From assembly GCA_051382305.1 (NCBI GenBank), contig JBBCAV010000334.1:1-10568 (forward strand): a stretch of 10,568 bases of DNA, read 5' to 3'. The translations under genes were made by a program, and so were the position numbers. Below, in pieces: positions 5,481-10,568 of this stretch. How positions within the stretch are numbered: position 1 is the first letter of the stretch; each line of letters opens with the position of its first letter. Below the pieces are notes generated by a model. That model was given only the letters and a program-made list of their open reading frames with translations, searched no databases and was not told where the DNA came from. The stretch is from Bdellovibrionota bacterium FG-2 (GTDB lineage Bacteria; Bdellovibrionota; UBA1018).

Positions 5481-7918
5481 GATAGCATTGAGGCGAGTTT
5501 TAGCAAATCAGCAAACACCCCAGCGGCTGTGACCTCGGGGCCCGCGCCAGGACCTTGAACGATAAGGGGTTGAGTGTGGTAACGTCTTGTTTGAAAGGCG
5601 ACGATATTATCCGTGCCAGAAATCCGCGCAAACGGATGGGTGAATGGGTAAGGTTGCAGTTTGACCGAAGCTTCACCCGAAGGTAGGAGTGTTCCGGTAT
5701 AGCGTAGAACCGCCTGGTTCGCGCGAGCTGCGTCGAGCCGGGCCTGCATTTGAGAATCAGAAACATCAGCGAGGCTTTCGACATTAATTTGGGGCAGTTC
5801 AAGCTCTAGGCCCATTTCGCGTCCCAAAATGATAAGTTTTCGTGCGACATCCGTTCCCGATAAGTCGTCTTTGGGGTTGGGTTCGGTGTAGCCCTTTTGC
5901 TGGGCGTCTTTAACAAGTTCCGAAAATGATTTTGAGCCATCGAACTCATTAAATAGGTACGAAAGTGTTCCTGAAAAGACGCCTTGAATCTGCTCAACCG
6001 TATCTCCCGTTTGAATCAGGTCTTTGAGGGTGTTGAGAATGGGAAGTCCTGCGCCAACATTTGTTTCGTAAAGAAAGTGGGGCGCTGTCCGCGTGGAATG
6101 ACTTGAGAGCGTTCTCAGATTTTTATAGAAGGCATAGTCCCGAGAGTTCGCCTTTTTATTGGGTGTGATAATGTGCAGGCCCGCCTTGAGCCATGGAGGA
6201 TAAAGTTCCACGATTTCGTTGCTTGATGTACAGTCAATGATCACGCTGTGGGGGAGGTGTTCGGCTCGAATGTGTTTTTCAAAAAGCGCGAGATCTCCAA
6301 ATTCAGCCTTTTCGCTAAAGACTTTTTCCCAGTTCTCGAGATTGAGTGGCAGGTCCGAAAGAAGCATTTGCGTTGAGTTTAGAATCCCTCTCACACGAAG
6401 GTCGATCTGCTGGTGGGTTTTGAGTTCCGTGGCTTGGGCTCTGATCTGGGAGAGCAGCGCTTTTCCGATAAGTCCAGGCCCGATGAGTCCAACCGAAATG
6501 CTAGCGGGAGAAAGGAAGAAGCCTGCGTGGACCGCGCGCAGTGCTCGCGTAGAGTCCGTTTCATTGATGACAACGGAGATATTCATTTCGCTGGAGCCTT
6601 GAGCGATGGCTCGTACATTGACGCCCGCGCGGGCCAAAGCGGTAAAGAAGCGTGCCGCGACGCCTTTGTGCGACACCATGCCTTCGCCCACCGCTGCGAG
6701 GATACTGCAGTAAGGGGTGCGCTCGACTTTCTGGATTTGTCCGTGGTGAAGTTCGGCAAAAAAAGTTTGTTCAACAGTGGTCTGTGCCAGTTCTCCTTGG
6801 TGGGCGGGAACAGCAAAGCAAATCGAGTGTTCGGAGCTCGCCTGCGAAATCATCACGACCGAGACACCCACGTCTTTGAGAGAACCAAAAAGTTTTTGAG
6901 CCACGCCGGGAACGCCAACCATTCCCGTCCCCTCCACATTAAGGAGGTCAACTGAATCGACGGTGGAGAAGCCTTTGACCATGCCTTCTTTTTTGGATTT
7001 TGAATGGATCTTTGTGCCGACAGCAGCAGGGTTGAACGTGTTGCGAATCCAAATCGGAATTCCCTTCTTGATGGCTGGGGTCATGGTGCTCGGGTGCACA
7101 ACTTTGGCACCAAAGTAGGCAAGCTCAGTGGCCTCATGATAAGTCATTTCATCCAGAACGACGGCCTCAGGGACTCGTCTAGGATCGGCACTTAAGACGC
7201 CATCGACATCCGTCCAAATCGTGATTTCATGAGCGTCAAGAAGTGCCCCAAAAATCGAAGCAGAAAAATCACTGCCATTTCGTTTCAAAGTGGTGGGAAG
7301 CCCCTCGGCAGTAGAGGCGATGAAACCGGTAATGACGATGGTGTCAAAAGCATGAGCCTTGAGCCACGCTGCGGTTTGGGTTTCTGATTGGGCCCAATTA
7401 ATATGTACCGAAGTCTCTGAAGGTTTCAGGTTGAGGACCTTGCGAGCGTCTAACCAAGTGGAGTGTATTCCCAAACTGCGCAGGAGTGCGTCGAAAAACT
7501 GCGCAGACCAGATTTCGCCATACCCCGACACAAGCTCTAGAGTGCGTTCGTCGGCCGAGCGAACCTGCCACACACCACGGAGGATTTCGTGGATGTCTTT
7601 GAAGTCGGACTCAAGCGTTTTGATGAGGGGTTCCTGCGTATCAGTTGGAACGAGTTCGCGCACGGTTGCAAGGTGCCGCTCTTTGAGGAGGGACATCTTT
7701 TGCTCAAAAGCGGGGTCGCGCCCTTCGGCGAGTTGTACGAGTTCTAAGAGCGCATCGGTGACCTTGCTCATTGCGGATACCACGATCGCTTTTTTGGGGT
7801 GGGAATCCATCTGAAGAATTTGAGCGACCGCTTTGTAGCGGTCTGAGCTTGCAACACTGGTTCCACCAAATTTATGAACCTGCCACTTTACGGATTCCGA
7901 AGTTTGGCTCTTAGGCAT
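5477..7918 (-). CDS. thrA: Bifunctional aspartate kinase / homoserine dehydrogenase
   Basis: N-terminal KFGGTSV, TTLKRNGSDFSAS, IWTDVDGVLSADPR, two ACT domains (SQASSEHSI and AQGSSEMNIS), Rossmann GPGLIG, YETNVGAGLP, GYTEPNPKDDLSG and GPGAGPEVTAAGVFADL. 813 aa, with RBS AGGAG upstream. Confidence 0.95.
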   Translation of the reverse strand: MPKSQTSESVKWQVHKFGGTSVASSDRYKAVAQILQMDSHPKKAIVVSAMSKVTDALLELVQLAEGRDPAFEQKMSLLKERHLATVRELVPTDTQEPLIKTLESDFKDIHEILRGVWQVRSADERTLELVSGYGEIWSAQFFDALLRSLGIHSTWLDARKVLNLKPSETSVHINWAQSETQTAAWLKAHAFDTIVITGFIASTAEGLPTTLKRNGSDFSASIFGALLDAHEITIWTDVDGVLSADPRRVPEAVVLDEMTYHEATELAYFGAKVVHPSTMTPAIKKGIPIWIRNTFNPAAVGTKIHSKSKKEGMVKGFSTVDSVDLLNVEGTGMVGVPGVAQKLFGSLKDVGVSVVMISQASSEHSICFAVPAHQGELAQTTVEQTFFAELHHGQIQKVERTPYCSILAAVGEGMVSHKGVAARFFTALARAGVNVRAIAQGSSEMNISVVINETDSTRALRAVHAGFFLSPASISVGLIGPGLIGKALLSQIRAQATELKTHQQIDLRVRGILNSTQMLLSDLPLNLENWEKVFSEKAEFGDLALFEKHIRAEHLPHSVIIDCTSSNEIVELYPPWLKAGLHIITPNKKANSRDYAFYKNLRTLSSHSTRTAPHFLYETNVGAGLPILNTLKDLIQTGDTVEQIQGVFSGTLSYLFNEFDGSKSFSELVKDAQQKGYTEPNPKDDLSGTDVARKLIILGREMGLELELPQINVESLADVSDSQMQARLDAARANQAVLRYTGTLLPSGEASVKLQPYPFTHPFARISGTDNIVAFQTRRYHTQPLIVQGPGAGPEVTAAGVFADLLKLASMLS

Positions 7919-8699
7919 GGTCTCGCTCCTCTGAAATAATTAAAAGTGATAAAACGGTCAGCAAGAGTGGAACGCCCGCTCCGATCACAAGATGAGGCGC
8001 CTCAAGGAGATAGTCTTTCCCTTGAATAAGCAGTGCGCCCCAGGTGTCTTTTCCAATGGGAGCGCCAATTCCTAGAAACGAGAGAGTGGCTTCGGCCATC
8101 AAGGCGTGGGCGAAGAGATTAGGGGCCTTGAGGCTGCATAGAGACATTAGAAAAGGGAGTAAGTGCGTGTGCAAGATCCGCAACCGAGAAGCTCCGACAC
8201 TTTGAGCTGCGGTCACGAATTCTTCTTGTAAGAGCTCTTCGCATCGAAGTAAAAGCAGCCTAGAAACAGGCGGAAGTGAGCCGAGGAGAAGCGCGAAAAT
8301 GAGCGTAGACCAGCCGGGACCTCGAATGGCGGCCCAAGCGAGTGCAAAAAGAAGGGAGGGAAAGCCTAAGAAAAAATCGAGTGTTTTTCTTGCGAACTGT
8401 TTCATCGTGTATGGGAGTAATGCTCCCGCAGCCCCGAAAATAATACCTCCGGCGAGCGCGATAAAAGTTGTCAGTAATGCAAACAACGCACTGGTGGCCG
8501 AAGCGTGAAGGCTGAGCTGGAGAAGGTCGCGACCAAAAGCATCAAACCCCAGAGGGTGGGTGAGCGCCGGAAGTGCGAGGGCTTGGTTTAGATTAAATTC
8601 CAAATCCGCAGGGTTCCCTGAAAAGGGAAGCTTTGCTAAAATGGCGGCGCCAAACCACATGACCAGCCAGAAGATCGCAAGCCCTCGAGCGCGAATCAT
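7911..8699 (-). CDS. Peptide/nickel ABC transporter permease, OppC/DppC-like
   Basis: HPLGFDAFGRDLL, EAA loop EEFVTAAQSVGASRLRILHTHLLP, AEATLSFLGIG and WG motifs, with multiple TM segments. Confidence 0.92.
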   Translation of the reverse strand: MIRARGLAIFWLVMWFGAAILAKLPFSGNPADLEFNLNQALALPALTHPLGFDAFGRDLLQLSLHASATSALFALLTTFIALAGGIIFGAAGALLPYTMKQFARKTLDFFLGFPSLLFALAWAAIRGPGWSTLIFALLLGSLPPVSRLLLLRCEELLQEEFVTAAQSVGASRLRILHTHLLPFLMSLCSLKAPNLFAHALMAEATLSFLGIGAPIGKDTWGALLIQGKDYLLEAPHLVIGAGVPLLLTVLSLLIISEERDHA

Positions 8700-9619
8700 A
8701 AGCTACGCTCCTGTTGCGAGCGGGGATCCATGAAGGTGCGCAAGAAATCTCCGAGGGTGGTTCCACACAGAATCAGGGCTGCAGTCGTAAACGTGGCGGC
8801 TTCGACGACGGGGTAGTCGCGTTTGAGTACGGCTTCGACAAAGAGCATCCCCATTCCGCGCCAGTCAAAAATTATTTCGGTGATAAACGCGCCCCCTAGC
8901 ATGGCCCCGAATTGAGTTCCCAGATAGGCGATCATGCTCCCTGAAGCGGGCGCGAGACCGTATTTGAGAATGACTTTCCACTCTGGAACTCCGCGCGCTC
9001 GGGCGCCGGGGGCTGAGCCTTCGGCCAGCGTTTCTCTTACACGCTGCCGGATCAGTCTGGCCCAAAACCCTGCCGTACTAAAAGCCAAGGTGAGGGCGGG
9101 AAGGACGATGTGATTGCTTGAGGGAAAAATCGGAATCCAAACACAAAAAACCAGAAGGAGAATGGGGCCAAGCCAAGGCGTAGGCATGGCCGCTGACAGC
9201 GCCCCATAATAAGTGCAGATTCGATCCGCAATTCTTGCGATGAGAGAATGACCGCTTGCCGCAAAGAGACCTAAGGTGAGGCTGGCGGTTAGGCTTAAGA
9301 TTAGGGCAAGGCAGGCGAGTTTTAAAGTTTTAACGAATCGTGAGGCGAGGAGCAGGGCGATGGGCTCGCGGTTGAGAAGCGAAACCCCAAGATTACCTTG
9401 TACGGCATTTTTCAGGTCGAAGACGAGCGCTTGAAAAAAAGGACGATCAAGCCCCATTTGGATTCGCAAATCCTCTGGAGCAATGGAACTTCCTGATTCA
9501 GCGATGAGCGTTTCAAGTGGATCACCTGGGAGAGCACGCACAATGGCGCGTGAGGCTGCAAAAATGATGAGCAGCAGGGTAAGAAAGGAAACAGCAGAAA
9601 TTAAGAAGCGTCTTATCAC
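8696..9619 (-). CDS. Peptide/nickel ABC transporter permease, OppB/DppB-like
   Basis: LPGDP, GLDRP, GNLGVSL, LPALTL, ARARGVPEWKVILKY, GGAFITEIIFDWRGMG and RDYPVV. The start is placed at in-frame GTG 9619, just after the upstream stop at 9634, rather than at 9745. ATGA overlap with the oppC-like gene. Confidence 0.9.
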   Translation of the reverse strand: MIRRFLISAVSFLTLLLIIFAASRAIVRALPGDPLETLIAESGSSIAPEDLRIQMGLDRPFFQALVFDLKNAVQGNLGVSLLNREPIALLLASRFVKTLKLACLALILSLTASLTLGLFAASGHSLIARIADRICTYYGALSAAMPTPWLGPILLLVFCVWIPIFPSSNHIVLPALTLAFSTAGFWARLIRQRVRETLAEGSAPGARARGVPEWKVILKYGLAPASGSMIAYLGTQFGAMLGGAFITEIIFDWRGMGMLFVEAVLKRDYPVVEAATFTTAALILCGTTLGDFLRTFMDPRSQQERSL

Positions 9620-9633
9620 GAGATTAAACTGCC

Positions 9634-10563
9634 TTATTGGGACTCGAAAAACTTTTTGGCTTCTGCCTCGGGGACACGTTGCACGACGGCTTTTTGGGTC
9701 GGAAGCTCGATGCGCGCTACGCAGCCGTTGGGTTCTACCCACCATACGGATCGGAGTCCTCGAAATTCGACGACGAGACGTTTGGTCTTGGTCCGTTGGG
9801 CTCGATCGTCAGGCTTTTCAAGTCGGAGAAGACCTTTTTCGATTCCGGCGTTGGGGTCAGGATTGTCTTCGGCAAAGGCCAGGAATGCCCCCCCTTGACC
9901 GGTCTTTAGGCTTGGCAGTTTCAAGCCAAGCCAAACGGGGAAAAACTGGGACCAAATCATTTTTTGAGGAAGCGCTCTTTTGCTCGGGGGAAAGTCTACT
10001 CCCGTTTTTCGAATTTTTGTGGTGATAAATTTTCCATCGGTTAGAGTGCCGTCGATGGTGACTTCATTGTTTTTGAAGGCGCTGTGATAATTGAAGAACA
10101 CTGGTGTCAGTTCTGCATTTTTTTCTGAGACCGCTCCGAGTTGCTCTTCGTTAATAAAGCCTTCTTCGTTTTTCCAAGACTGGTATTGAAAGAAAATTCG
10201 ATTGCCTCGGATCTCAACTCGTTCGTTGTAATATTGATAACGGATGGTTCCTTCAATGGCGACTGTGAACCAGGCGTCCCAGAGAAGCTGGCCGGGTTTG
10301 TCGGTGTTTGAGGTTGTTACGGGCGTGGAGGTTGTAGCTGAGGTTTGTGGTGCGGCGGGAGCTTGGGGGTGTGCGATTTTTTGGGAGGGCGCGGTTTTTT
10401 CTTGCTCCGGGGCGTCTCCTATTTTGAAGGTGGGGATGTCATCAGTTGAGATGTTGCGCGGCGCAGGTGAGTTGGCCGCCGGATTGGGAGGGGCGGCGTG
10501 GGATACTGAGCTGAGCGCAGCACGGAGGACCGTTGCGAGCGTGGCTTTTTTGATCGTGGACAT
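9634..10563 (-). CDS. Hypothetical exported protein with a Pro/Ala/Thr-rich linker and a beta-strand-rich C-terminal domain
   Basis: 309-aa ORF co-oriented with the opp-like genes. Signal-like N-terminus (KK...SHA), about 65 aa of low-complexity sequence, then an aromatic-rich domain with alternating strand patterns. The start is close to the window edge and may extend further. Confidence 0.8.
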   Translation of the reverse strand: MSTIKKATLATVLRAALSSVSHAAPPNPAANSPAPRNISTDDIPTFKIGDAPEQEKTAPSQKIAHPQAPAAPQTSATTSTPVTTSNTDKPGQLLWDAWFTVAIEGTIRYQYYNERVEIRGNRIFFQYQSWKNEEGFINEEQLGAVSEKNAELTPVFFNYHSAFKNNEVTIDGTLTDGKFITTKIRKTGVDFPPSKRALPQKMIWSQFFPVWLGLKLPSLKTGQGGAFLAFAEDNPDPNAGIEKGLLRLEKPDDRAQRTKTKRLVVEFRGLRSVWWVEPNGCVARIELPTQKAVVQRVPEAEAKKFFESQ

Positions 10564-10568
10564 AGCAC

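Noticed and set aside
6219-7814. Several 60-180 aa alternative-frame ORFs overlapping thrA, and similar ones elsewhere such as 2147..2575 and 9483..10025
   Set aside because: They are shadows of well-conserved genes and show no recognisable motifs.
9620-9745. 42-aa basic N-terminal extension of the oppB-like ORF
   Set aside because: It overlaps the upstream gene by more than 100 bp and does not resemble a permease. GTG 9619 gives a normal length.

Overview
Gene-dense bacterial window (about 50% GC) with two convergent blocks. The gene repertoire, including GYF_2-type domains, suggests Bdellovibrionota/Oligoflexia, which is an inference. The plus strand carries the 3' part of a MacB/FtsX-type ABC permease, a secreted hypothetical protein, a catalytically degenerate class III cyclase-like protein with two C-terminal GYF_2-like domains, an RluA-family pseudouridine synthase and a stand-alone RlmK/RlmI-family methyltransferase. 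The minus strand carries a coupled operon: exported hypothetical, oppB/dppB-like, oppC/dppC-like, thrA, nagZ. The main anomaly is a perfect 33-bp inverted repeat (898-930 and 1922-1954) enclosing 991 bp. The left copy covers the RBS and start region of the secreted-protein gene, just after a predicted sigma70 promoter. The right copy is an apparent in-frame 11-codon insertion inside the pseudo-cyclase. This resembles an intragenic invertible switch or a long-range RNA antisense element. No recombinase is encoded in the window, and an assembly artefact cannot be excluded.
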